A stretch of DNA of 64,000 bases from Malacoraja senta. Lineage: Eukaryota. The notes beneath the pieces are model-generated. The model saw only the letters and a list, made by a program, of their open reading frames with translations. It ran no database searches and was not told the DNA's origin. The position numbers were made by a program, and so were the translations under genes. The stretch is taken from contig CM075996.1 of assembly GCA_038087875.1 (NCBI GenBank), positions 1,552,001 to 1,616,000 of the forward strand, in the 5' to 3' direction. Shown piece after piece: positions 1-12,300 of the stretch. Every line of letters begins with the position of its first letter. Positions within the stretch are counted from its first letter, which is position 1.

Positions 1-444
1 CGAGTCTACTCCGCCTTCTGATCTATCTCTGATATAGACCTCTGATCTATAATCTCTAGCTTCTTCAACGTATTCCACCTACAGACTAGCCTCTGAGTTC
101 TCTCTTAAATCTCTCCCCCTTCACCTTAAGTCTGTGCCCTCTAGTTTCAAAATCCTTTACCCTCTGGTGAAAAAATACATTTGATAGTACTTGATAGTCA
201 CAATTTATAATACAGCTTCTTTGTTCAAACTTTTCTTACAACATTTTTTTCCACAATTGCAGGTAAAACGGTTTTGATTAAAAGATACAGCGTGGAAACA
301 AGCCCTTCAGCTTACTGAGTCTATTCCAACCATTGATCACCCGTTCTGTGTTATCCCACTTCCTCATCCACATCCTACACACTAGGGGCAATTTACAGAG
401 GGCCAATTAACCGACAAACTTGCACGCCTTTGGGATATGGGGGT

Positions 445-750
445 GGTACGGTGGCACAGCGGCAGAGTTGCTGCCTGACAGTGCCAGACTCCCGGGTTCA
501 ATCCTGACAAGGGGTGCTGTCTATGTCGTTTGTACGTTCTCCCCTTGACCACGTGAGTTTCCCACGGATGCCCCGGATTCCGCCCACATTCCAAAGACGT
601 ACAGATTCGCAGGTTAATTGGTTTTGGTTTAAAAAAAAAAAAAAAAGGAAATTGTCCCTAGTGTATGGGGTAGCGTTAGTGTATGTCGATCGCTGGTCGG
701 CGTAGGCTGAAAGGCCTGTTCCCACACTGTATCTCTACACTAAACTAAAC
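445..750 (+). mobile_element. tRNA-derived SINE (copies at ~5394-5590, 40515-40680, 60558-61030 on +; ~10690-10968, 51185-51480, 61660-61955, 63355-63605 on -)
   Basis: GGTGGCACAGCGG A-box-like and GGGTTCAATCC B-box-like head, shared body and (CTAAA)n-like tail. Confidence 0.8.
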
Positions 751-2508
751 CCACGGGGTAACGTGCAAACTCCACACTGACGGCACTGAAGATCAGGATC
801 GAACCCGGGTCTCTGGCACTGCTCTACCAACTGTAATCCCTTCGGGTTAGTGCACCTTAAAGAAAAGCGCACATTTTTCGCCATCAGCTCAACTGAATGA
901 CATCTCTGGTGATGAAAACGCACAGCTGTCCTGCACGCCAGGGCTCCGTCGCTGATTGCGATTGCTTCCTTTCTCGGTTATCTGAGTAATTTTCTTGGAG
1001 TGAGCTGAATAAAATGGAGACATATAATCCTTCATCCCAGTCAGTGAATTGTGGGTTTTGCCTGGTTAGTTCACTGTTTCAGTTTAATTAATTAACACAA
1101 AAATCAATGCCGATGATAATGTCACACTTTTATTCCCAGACTCAAGTAATCAGGGATTTCCATTGTCAATTAGGCTCGATATCCAGCCTGTGAATTTCTA
1201 TTCTATATTTACAAAAGGGCACAGTGGAAGAGACTAAGCTTCCATATTTCACCTAATATTACAAAGATTGCTATCTTCTTTTGAATTGGGCAGGTGTATT
1301 TCTTATGCTAATAGATAACTTTAAGAGTGTTATGTTAATGATACAATTTGCATATAGATACCAAATATAAATTTCATTCCTTTTCCCTGCTATTTGGAAC
1401 CAGGGGTTCTGTACTTCCAAAAGACATTTAGACAGATAGCAGACACAAGAAGCGGGAGTAACTCAGCGGATCAGGCAGCATCTCAGGAGAGAGACTGGTC
1501 TGAAGAAGGGCGTTGACTCGAAACGTCACCTATTCCTTTTCTCCAGAGATGCTGCCTGACCCACTGACTTACTCCAGCTTTTTGTGTCTATCTTCGGTTT
1601 AAACCAGTATCTGCAGTTCCTTCCTACTCTACAAACCAAGTTATCTGTTTGAAGAAGGGTCCCATCTGTCTGAAGAAGAGTGGACTTGATGGGCCGAATG
1701 GCCTAATTCTACTCCTATTCCTTATGACTAACCTGAAACGTTGCCTATCCACGTCCTCCAGAGATGCTGCCTGACCTGCTGAGTTACTCCTGCTTTTTGT
1801 GTCTACCTTCTGTTTAAACCAGGACCTGCAGTTCCTCCTTACACATTTAGACAGATATATATGGATAAGAATCTCTGCCACAGAAGGTAGTTGAGGCCAG
1901 TTCATTGGCTATATTTAAGAGGGAGTTAGATGTGGCCCTTGTGGCTAAAGGGATCAGGGGGTATGGAGAGAAGGCAGGTACAGGATACTGAGGGATGATC
2001 AGCCATGATCATATTGAATGGCGGTGCAGGCTCGAAGGGCCGAATGGCCTACTCCTGCACCTATTTTCTATGTTTCTAAGAACAGTTTCAAGGGCTATGA
2101 ACCAAATGCTGGCAAATGCCCAATATATCAACTTGGTTGGCATGGACAAGGTGGGCCGAAGGGCCTGTTTCTGTGCTGTGGGGATGCTATGAAACAAGGC
2201 TGGTGTGTTTATTCCGTGAAAGGGAGGGAGTGCCCGTCCAAGTACTGTACATCCATCATTACGCTTTTTTTATTTATTGTTATAATAGGGTGAGGTGTTC
2301 TCTGACAGGTATTATCTTCATGATGAATGGTCTGTTTGATTTACTGAGTGCATTGTGTGTGTTCATCAAACAAATAGAGAATGCTGCTTGCTGCTTTTAT
2401 AAACCAGGTGTTAAGTCAGAGTTTGGTGGAGACAGCAACGAACGGTCTATTCAGTGCCACCATGCCTCGTCTTATAATGGTCCATGGTCACTCCCAGGGG
2501 AACGAAGG

Positions 2509-2905
2509 GGATGAGAGGGAATCTCATTGAAACATATAAGATTGTTAAGGGCTTGGACACGCTAGAGGCAGGAAACATGTTCCCGATGTTGGGGGAGTCC
2601 AGAACCAGGGGCCACACAGTTTAAGAATAAGGAGTAAGCCATTTAGAACGGAGACAAGGAAACACTTTTTCTCACAGAGAGTGGTGAGTCTGTGGAATTC
2701 TCTGCCTCAGAGGGTGGCGGAGGCCGGTTCTCTGGATGCTTTCAAGAGAGAGCTAGATAGGGCTCTTAAAAATAGCGGAGTCAGGGGATATGGGGAGAAG
2801 GCAGGAACGGGGTACTGATTGGGGATGATCAGCCATGATCACATTGAATGGCGGTGCAGGCTCGAAGGGCCGAAAGGCCTACTCCTGCACCTATTGTCCA
2901 TTGTC
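2509..2905 (+). mobile_element. CR1 LINE 3' fragment (similar copies at ~1878-2075, 3374-3762, 13660-14012, 57414-57740 on +; 14690-15145 on -)
   Basis: RMRGDLIE.YKI..G, TRGHS and FF.QRVV.LWNSLP C-terminal ORF2 motifs plus a shared 3' UTR. Confidence 0.85.
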
Positions 2906-4002
2906 TAACCCATTGGCCTAGCACCCGTAAACTGTCGTACAGGGCGGGAACAGGCCCTTCGGCCCAACACGTCCATGCTGACCGAGAGACTATCTAAAAT
3001 AGTCTAATTTGTCCGTGTTAGGCCCTTATCACTCCAAACAAAATTTAGATGCCAATTAACCTACAAACCCGCACGGCTTTGGGTTGTGGGAAGAAACCAG
3101 CGCACCTGGAGGAAACCCATGTGGTCATAGGGAGATTGTGCGAACTCCACATGGACAGCACCCAAGGTCAGAATCGAACTGTGAGGTTGCAACTCTACCC
3201 ACTGAGATCTGTGTGCTAAACTGCAGCAGGGTAGGAGTTGAATTGTTCCTTTGTACATACGACGATTAGACACTCTCGTCTTTTGACTCGCTCTCTCTTG
3301 CATTTAATCTCCAGTGGATCTCGGCGAGTGGATAGTGATGAGTGATGATGACCTTATCCATCCAGAACACAGGGATGAGGGGGGGATCTGATAGAGACAT
3401 ATACAATTATAAAAGGACTGGACAAGCTAGATGCAGGAAAAATGTTCCCAATGTTGGGCGAGTCCAGAACCAGGGGCCACAGTCTTAGAATAAAGGGGAG
3501 GCCATTTAAGACTGAGGTGAGAAAACACTTTTTCACCCAGAGAGTTGTGAATTTGTGGAATTCCGTGCCACAGAGGAGGCCAAGTCACTGGATGGACTTA
3601 AGAGAGAGTTAGATAGAGCTGTTGGGGCTAGTGGAATCAAGGGATATGGGGAGAAGGCAGGCACGGGTTATTGATTGGGGACGATCAGCCATGATTGCAA
3701 TGAATGGCGGTGCTGGCTCGAAGGGCCGAATGGCCTCCTCCTGCACCTATTTTCTATGTTTCATTCAGGAGGCATCCAAACTCAAGGCAAACTCATAGAG
3801 TGATACAGTGTGGAAGCAGCCCTTCGGCCCCACACGGGACAACATGTCCGAGCTACACTAGTCCCACCTGCCAGCATTTGGCCCATATCCCTCCAAACCT
3901 GTCCTATCCACGTACCTGTCTAACTGTTTCTTAAATGTAGCAATAGTCCCTGCCTCAACTACCTCCTCTGGCAGCTTGTTCAAAGGGGACTACGTATAAA
4001 CA

Positions 4003-4180
4003 CTGCTGTAATTTCTACATGGTGAAACCAAAATGTATAAAAATGGCCTTTATTAAAATCTGACAATGTGCATTTTAACCACATGTGATTTTTTTTCTAT
4101 TACAAATCTCAAATTGTGGAGTACAGAGACAAATAAATAAATGATGGGTCTTTGTCCCAAACATTATGGAGGGCACTTTA
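4003..4180. mobile_element. Tc1/mariner-like terminal inverted repeat fragment
   Basis: Ends ...GTCCCAAACATTATGGAGGGCACT(T)TA, resembling the reverse complement of a CAGTG-type Tc1 terminus. Confidence 0.5.
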
Positions 4181-4440
4181 TCAACAACTTGATTTGACAG
4201 ATTATCTTGGTTATTGCGAGTAACGTACGTCTTTGGCCTTAAACTGAATTATTTTAAGACTTCAATGCATTCTGCACATAGCGGAAATTATGTTACGTAC
4301 TATATTTGCCCTGAAATTTGCTGTAACATCATTAAGCGCATTTTTCTAATAGTAATCCCATTATGCAAAGCCATTTTTATCCTGCTGCTGTCGTCGCGTT
4401 TCAGCAACAGGGCTTCTATATTTAGATCTGCTCTATAAGG

Positions 4441-4717
4441 TATGTGGGCATGTGCAGTGTGTGTTTGTATGGTCGTCTGTGGGTGGGAGGGTGTTGGGCG
4501 GGTACTGTGTGTGTGTGTGTGTCAGTGTGGGTGTGTGTTTGTATGGTCGTCTGTGGGTGGACATGTGTATGTGTGGGCATGTACTGTATGTGTTTGTATG
4601 GTCCACTGTGGGCGTGTGTGTCAGTGTGGGTGGCCGTGTGTGTGTGGGCATGTACTGTGTCTGTCAGTGTGTGGGTGTGTGTGTGGGCATGTACTGTATG
4701 TGTCAGTGTGTGTGTCA
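4441..4717. repeat. GT-rich degenerate tandem repeat
   Basis: Seen directly. Confidence 0.85.
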
Positions 4718-4960
4718 ATGCTGGAGTAACTCAGCGGGTCAGGCAGCATCTGTGGAGAACATGGATAGGTGACATTTCACAGAGTGCTGGAGTAACTCAG
4801 CGGGTCAGGCAGCATCTGTGGAGAACATGGATAGGTGACGTTTCACAGAGTGCTGGAGTAACTCAGCGGGTCAGGCAGCATCTGTGGAGAACATGGATAG
4901 GTGACGTTTCACAGAGTGCTGGAGTAACTCAGCGGGTCAGGCAGCATCTGTGGAGAACCA
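4718..4960 (+). repeat. 66-bp tandem satellite derived from Penelope-type repeat (other arrays 9663-10121 -, 49459-49980 -, 54553-54935 +, 56592-57035 -, 62421-63192 +)
   Basis: Unit AGTGCTGGAGTAACTCAGCGGGTCAGGCAGCATCTGTGGAGAACATGGATAGGTGACGTTTCACAG; 22-aa periodic ORFs confirm the 66-bp period. Confidence 0.92.
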
Positions 4961-5595
4961 TCTCCACCGTCTATCCAGACCCGAAACGTCACCTGCCCGT
5001 GTTTTCCACAGATGCTGTCTGGCCTGCTGGGTTACTCTGTTAAAGAAAACTTTAAAAGACGCCACAAAGTTTGGGCAAGGCACTCAGGACTTTATTTAAG
5101 AGTCCAAATACAATGGCCATTGGGAACAATCAAACCAGACTGTTCACCAAACAAAGATTCATGTGATCTTTTGTACAGAACATGTAACAGATTTTGCAAA
5201 AACCCTTCAGCTTTCATTTTTTTTTAATCAGATCGCACTGACAATGGCTGTAAATCATGTACCTCCAACAAATACCTCTGTGGTTCAGTCTTCAACCATC
5301 GCAATGGTAGCCAAACAGATGTCCTGATACCCATTCAAACTCATTTTACTGATTTTTAAAAATATGATTGCTATTTGTCCTTTTACATCTTGGCCAGCAC
5401 GGTGGCGCAGCAGTAGAGTTGACGCCTCACAGCGCCAGAGACCCGGGTTCCATCCTGACTATGGGTGCTTCCTGTTAGGGGTTCGTACGTTCTCCCCCTG
5501 ACCTGCGTGGGTTTTCTCCGGGTGCTCCGGTTTCATCTCACACTCCAAAGACGTACAGCTTTGTAGGTTAATTGGCTTTCTATAATTCTAAATTA

Positions 5596-6300
5596 GCCAG
5601 AGGATTGGGAAACTTTTAAAGATCAACAAAAGGTAACTAAAAAGGCAATACGGGGAGAAAATGATGACGTACAAAAAGGTAAGCTAGCCAAGAATATAAA
5701 GGAGGATAGTAAAAGCTTCTAGGTATGTGAAGAGGAAAAAAAATAGTTTAGACAAATATGGGTCCCGTGAAGACAGAAACAGGTGAATTTATTATGGGGA
5801 ACAAGGAAATGGCAGATGAGTTGAACAGGTACTTTGGATCCGTCTTCACTAAGGAGGACACAAACAATCTCCAAGATGTACTAGTGGACAGAGGGCCTAG
5901 GGTGATAGAGGAACTGAAGGAAATCCACATGTCAAGATATGGTGTTGGGTAGACTGATGGGAGTGAAGACTGATAAATCCCCAGGGCCTGATGGTCTGCA
6001 TCCCAGGGTACTCGAGGAGGTGGCTCTAGAAATCGTGGACGCATTGGTGATTATTTTCCAATGTTCTATAGATTCAGGATCCGTTCCTGTGGATTGGAGG
6101 GTAGTTAATGTTATCCCACTTTTTAAGAAAGGAGGGAGAGAGAAAACAGGGAATTAGATACCCGTTAGCCTGACATCGGTGGTGGGGAAGATGCTGGATT
6201 CAATTATTAAAGATGAAATAGCTGCGCATTTGGACAGCAGTACAGGATCGGTCCAAGTCAGCAAGGACTGAATGGCCTACTCCTGCATCTACTGTCTATT
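5596..6300 (+). mobile_element. CR1 LINE ORF2 fragment
   Basis: EMADELNRYFGSVFT and KSPGPDGLHPRVL...VPVDWRV.NV.PLFKKG motifs. Confidence 0.85.
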
Positions 6301-9300
6301 TATCTATGTATAAATTGTCCCTAGTGTGTGTAGGATAGTGTAAGTGTGTGGGGATCACTGGTCGGTGGGCTGAAGGACCTGTGTCTGTGCTATATCTCTA
6401 AACTACACTACAACTAAACTCTGGCACTTTGTGGACTTTCCACTTATCACTTGCCAGGCTGTGCTGTATCCTCTCCTCTCTTCCAACTTTCTTACCCGAC
6501 TCCGTTCATCGCTTGTCCATTCCCTCGATGGATGCTGCCTGACCCGCTGGGTTCCTCCAGCACTTTGTGTCTTGCTCAAGATCCCAGCGTCTGCAGTCTC
6601 TTGTGCCTCTGTTTTTACATTGCCTGCACCTTATGGATTGTAAGGTGCTGGAAAATCAAGTGGGATGAAATCAGGCCCAAAACTATATTAAGTAGGAAGG
6701 AACTGCAGATGCTGGTTAAACCGAAGATAGACACAAAATGCTGGAGTGACTCAGCGGGACAGGCAGCGTCTCTGGAGAGAAGGAACGGGTGACGTTTCGG
6801 GTCGAGACCCTTCTTCGGATTGAGAGTCAGGGGAGACGGGTAAGGTGTGAAAAGGAGACATCTAAGGGGAAGTTGATCACGCAAGAAGAGACTGACTGAT
6901 CTGCTCGGAAGCTGAGGCTGATCTTCAGATTAATGAAGTGTGGCTGATGAAAGCAGGTCGCCTCTCCACTTGGCAAGTCAAGAGGCGTGTTTGTATTGTG
7001 ACTTCCAGCATTGCTAACCATTCCACTGAGCCTGGAGAACACTGAGCCTTGTCAATTGCTTTATTTCTTCTACAGTTCCAATTTGCTGTGTGATAAATTG
7101 CACATAAACCGCTTCTACTGCAAGGCTCTTAATCAGCCGCCTCAGATTGCTTCTGTTAATGACCTCAATGCCAGCTGTGTGCTGGGCTTCATACAGTCAC
7201 CATCCTTCTCGCTCCCCATTCCTCAACATTTGCCTCACCATTGCTGGCTGTGGGTCGTGTTCTTGCCCATATCCCTCTAAACATCTCCCATCCATGTCCC
7301 TGTCCGAGTGTATTTTAAATGCTGTTCCAGTACTTGCCTCAACTACCTCCTGTGGCAGCTCGACCCTTATGCTCTCCATTCTCTGAGTAAAAACATTACC
7401 CCCCCCCCCCAGGTCCTATTAAATGTTTCTCCTCCCACCTTTAACCTATGTCCACTTTCTAGAGAGAGTTAGATGGAGCTCATAATGAAAGCGGAGTCAG
7501 GGGAATATGGGGAGAAGGCAGGAACGGGGTACTGATTGGGGATGATCACAGTGAATGGCCTCGAAGGGCCGAATGGCCTACTCCTGCACCTATTGTCTAT
7601 TGTCCTCTGGTTTATGAATGTTCTATTCGCGAAACAGACCCTATGATTTCACCCTCATGATCTCATACCCCTCCTGAAGACCACCCTTCAGCTTCACCTG
7701 CTCCAAGGTATAGAGTCCTAGCCTGCCCCTACCTCCCTCCCTGTAGCTCAGCCCCTGACCACAACTCTTCTCTGCATCCTTTCCAACTTGCCAGCAGTTT
7801 TTTTTCAAATGCACAATTATTTGCTGGGTGCTTGGAATTGTAATCATGCTATTTCACGGCAGCCAAGCCAGATTTAAGTCAGCAAAATCCATTGGATGTA
7901 TGGATGAAATGATCTGTCCTTGGAAAATCTCAATGAAGGACAAAGGCATACACTTCAGCACTTCCTCATAGAGTCATACAGCGTGGAAACAGGCCCTTCG
8001 GCCCAACTTGCCCATGCCGACCAACATGTTCTATCTACACAGGACCCACCTGCCTGCGTTTGGCTCGTATCCCTCTAAACCTGTCCTATCCATGTACCTG
8101 TCTAAATGCTGCTTCCATGTTGTGATAGTACCTGCTTCAACTACCTCCTCCGGCAGTTCGTTTCATATACCCACCACCTTTTGGTGTTTCAAAAATAAAG
8201 TTACCCCTCGGGTTCCTATTTAATCCTTCCCCCTGCACCTTAAACCTGTATCCTCAGTGGTCAATAGTGCTTTATTTCTGACATATGAAACTGCATAGTG
8301 GAATTCACTTTGCATAGATGCTGCTGCACCCGCTGAGTTTCTCCAGCATTTTTGTGTACCTTCCATGTTTCAAACGTTGACCTCGCTGTCATCGTCCGTC
8401 CTGAAAAGGCCGCAGGCTTCCGGCGACAATCAGTGGGAGCCATCACTTGTTGCAAGAGATGATGGTGGTAGCAGAATTAGCTCGGGATACTTCCAGTTTC
8501 CAGCCCCGCCACGCCATTCTCCTAGCAGGAGGCTTTAACGGCGTACTCATTAGAGATTATTCCAGGTGCACTTCTGAGAGGAAGATTGCTGCCAGCTTTA
8601 CGATGCTTAGATGGTTGGCTCTGCAGGAGCTGTACGTTGCTGTTTCAGCGAAAAAAGAGCATCAGTCAATGCTGCCACCACAGACTGGAGATGAATATGG
8701 ACGCAAACCCCTGAGCTAATTCCACACTCCTGGCTGCTTTAACCTTCACCTTCACCATGTAGCATTTTAATTAACGCGGATTAATTTCATCTCTAATTCA
8801 AAGTTGTTTAAACGATTGATGTGGGGAAGAATGTTGAATTGTTCTGATATTTAGCTCCCCGGCATCTAAATATCCTTAATAGCCTCGGCCCTGTTTTTCA
8901 TCTGATATTCTCCACTGCAAATGTTTTTAGATCATTTTGATGAAGTACCCTTTTATTTAAGTGCCCAGACCAGAATCGGTGAAATGAATGAAATTCAGCA
9001 ACGTAATAGATATTAAAACAATCTTACTTGCTGCAGCTTCCCAGGCCTGGAAATGCAACAACACACACATAAATATATAATTTTCACCAATACAATAAAT
9101 TAATAACTGTAATAATCATTGACCATAATCGTGTAAAAACAAAGTCCCTCGTGTTAGTTACCAAAGACACAGTCCATAGATCATAGTTGCTGAGGTTAGT
9201 GTTGTGCATTGGATCGATTGTAATCATGTATGGTCTTTCTGCAGGGTTAGCATGTAACAAATGATTTTCACTGTACCTTGGTACACGTGACAATAAACTG

Positions 9301-12300
9301 AACTAATTAAACTGAACTGAACTGCAGCGTTCAAGAACATGTTGCTGGGAAGAAGCTGTTCTTGAACCCGGAGGTTAAAGTGCTGGAGTAACTCAGCGGG
9401 TCAAGTGGAGAACATGGACAGGTGATGTTCTTGTGTCAACACCCTCCTTCAGTTTTGTTCCAATATGTCCCCTGTGCATAGACATAAAAGCTGGAATAAT
9501 CAGACAGCATCTCTGGACCTCAGCTAACAATGGCCTGTCTCCTTTATCATCGTTACCGTTTTTGCATATCTTCTATACATTTGTTCTATATCTCTCTATA
9601 TCACCGTCTATATCTCTCATTTCCTTTTCCCTTGCCCCTCAGTCCGAAGAAGGGTCTCGGCCTGAAACGTCACCTATCCATGTTCTCCACAGATGCTGCC
9701 TGACCCGCTGAGTCACTCCAGCACTCTGTGAAACGTCACCTATCCATGTTCTCCACAGATGCTGCCTGACCCGCTGAGTTACTCCAGCACTCTGTGAAAC
9801 GTCACCTATCCATGTTCTCCACAGATGCTGCCTGACCCGCTGAGTTACTCCAGCACTCTGTGAAACGTCACCTATCCATGTTCTCCACAGATGCTGCCTG
9901 ACCCGCTGAGTTACTCCAGCACTCTGTGAAACGTCACCTATCCATGTTCTCCACAGATGCTGCCTGACCCGCTGAGTTACTCCAGCACTCTGTGAAACGT
10001 CACCTATCCATGTTCTCCACAGATGCTGCCTGACCCGCTGAGTTACTCCAGCACTCTGTGAAACGTCACCTATCCATGTTCCCCACAGATGCTGCCTGAC
10101 CCACTGAGTTACTCCAGCACTTGACCTTTTTTGCATCGGCAGTTCCCTTGTTTCTAAACTATATTGCCGTGATAACTGTCTGACCTCTGCAGCTGCTACA
10201 AAGAGCCTCATAATCTGCCTCAGACTGCCGTGAATATTTCTGCCTTGATCATTGCCTGAGGGCGAAATGAGCTTCTAACCAGTGAGTTTGGATTCTGATA
10301 AACACAAAAGCTAATTTGTGACATGATTTATGGCTGGATAGGTTTCCTGGAAATCAGAGATTAAAACTAGTCTGATGCCAAATCTCTGACCCATAGCTCA
10401 TCACTTCAATCTAAGCAGAATTGGAAAACGCTGGAGACTCTGCTTCAAATAGGAACTGATTTATAAACTGTAAAGTGTGGTTGGCACTTCCCAGAGCAGC
10501 AACTATATTTACTGAACCAATGATTTAAAAAGTAATCATTGTCATTTTACAGCTGTGCCTGGGAACTTGATGCAATGACTATAATTTAGAAGGGCTTGTA
10601 AAACAAAGTGCTGGAAGAACTCAGCGGGTCAGGCAGCATCTGTGGAGGGAATGGACAGATGATGTTTTGGGTCTGATTTCGTTTAGTTTAGAGATACAGC
10701 GCAGGAACAGGCCCGAGTCCGCACCGACCAGCGATCCCCGCATACTTGCACTATCCTACACACCCTTAGGGACAATTTACATATATACCAAGCCAATTAA
10801 CCTACTAACATGCACGTCTTTGGAGTGCGGGAGGAAACTTAAGATCTCGGAGAAAACCCATGCAGGTCACAGGGAGGACGTGCAAACTCCGTACAGACAG
10901 CACCCGTAGGCTAGATCGAACCCGGGTCTCTGGCGCTGTAAGGCAGCAACTATACTGTAATGGCACCATGTATTTCGAGGTACAAGAAAAAGCCTTTTTT
11001 GTTGCATGCTAACCAGTCAGTGGAAAGACTATGCAAGGTTACAATCAAGTCGCCCACAGTGTACAGATACAGGATATAGGGAGTAACATTTAGTGCCAAA
11101 TTTAGTCCAGAAAAGACGGATTAGGGATAGTCCGAGGGTTTCCAGCGAGGTAAATGGTAGCTACGGAACGCTCTCTAGTTGGTGATTGCATGGATCAATT
11201 ATCTGATCACCTGCGAAGAAACTGTCCCTTGAATCTGGAGGTGTGCATTTTCACACTTTTGTACCTCTTGCCCGATGGGAGAGGGGGACAAGGTGCGACT
11301 GGTCCTTGATGATGCTGCTGGCCTTGCCGAGGCAGCGTGAGGTGTAGATTGAGTCAATGGAAGGGAGGTTGGTTGGTGTGTGTGTGATGGTCTGGGCTGC
11401 GTCCACAACTCTCCATAACTTCTAAGTTTAAGTTTTAATTTAATTTTATTTTATAACACTTTCCAATTTTATAACACTTTTGTTCCCAAACCGTGCTGTG
11501 ATGCATAAAGCAGCAATGCCTTCCCTGAGGATTGAACTCAGGATCTCAGGTTTATGAGCCTGAAGGGTCAGCAACCTTCTCCTGTAACTGGTCCCTCGTG
11601 TGTAGGGAGTGGATGAGAAAGTGGGAGCTAGTGTGAACGGGTGATCAATGGTCAACATGTTCTCGGTGGGCCGAAGGGCCTGTTTTCATGCTGTATCTCT
11701 AAACTAAATTAAATAAACAAACAGTCCTCCAGAGCTCGATGAGGAAGCGGTGTTAAGAGATGTGAAGATATCTTGTCTTAAACAGTATTAGTGTCTGACG
11801 CAGTCCCCTTGTGTCATCTCTTTGAACAGGAGCTGTTAATGCAGCTGGAGTAATGTGGGCATCTTACATATGCAGAGGCCTTTGAAGCTGCCCAGGGCAG
11901 GGAAAGGACTGGAATGGTTCACATCTCTGTCATCATGTGGAAGCCTGAACAAACAACACCAACACCAAAGCCAGTAATACCAGAGGCCTTGCGCTAATAG
12001 ACTCCCTCCCCTAAAACCTGCCAACAAATGCCAGGGATGCGTGGAATTGGAGAATCATGTTTGTTGTTAACACTCGCAGGCTCTCTCTAACGTCATGGCA
12101 CTTGCTTCATAGTTAAGTTGTCATTGGACTGGGGTCCGCTCCAACCTTCAGGCATGTAGCGAGGGATCACTTCCTCATCAAGGATCTGCTCAATTATCAA
12201 AAGGATAAGGCATTGAACCAAGTTGTTTTACACAGAGGGTGGTGGGTGCCTGGAACGCGCTGCTAGGAAAGCAGATATGATAGTGGCATTTATGAGGCGC

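Noticed and set aside
445..510. tRNA genes
   Set aside because: The tRNA-like heads run straight into SINE bodies and do not form full cloverleaves.
8447..8719. 90-aa ORF in unique-looking sequence
   Set aside because: No domain similarity or splice support.
9663..10121. CRISPR-like regular array
   Set aside because: Head-to-tail identical 66-bp units with no unique spacers, no cas genes and a eukaryotic context.
11868..11946. Possible minus-strand exon (acceptor and GTAAG donor)
   Set aside because: The peptide is unrecognisable and no partner exons were found; it may be chance.
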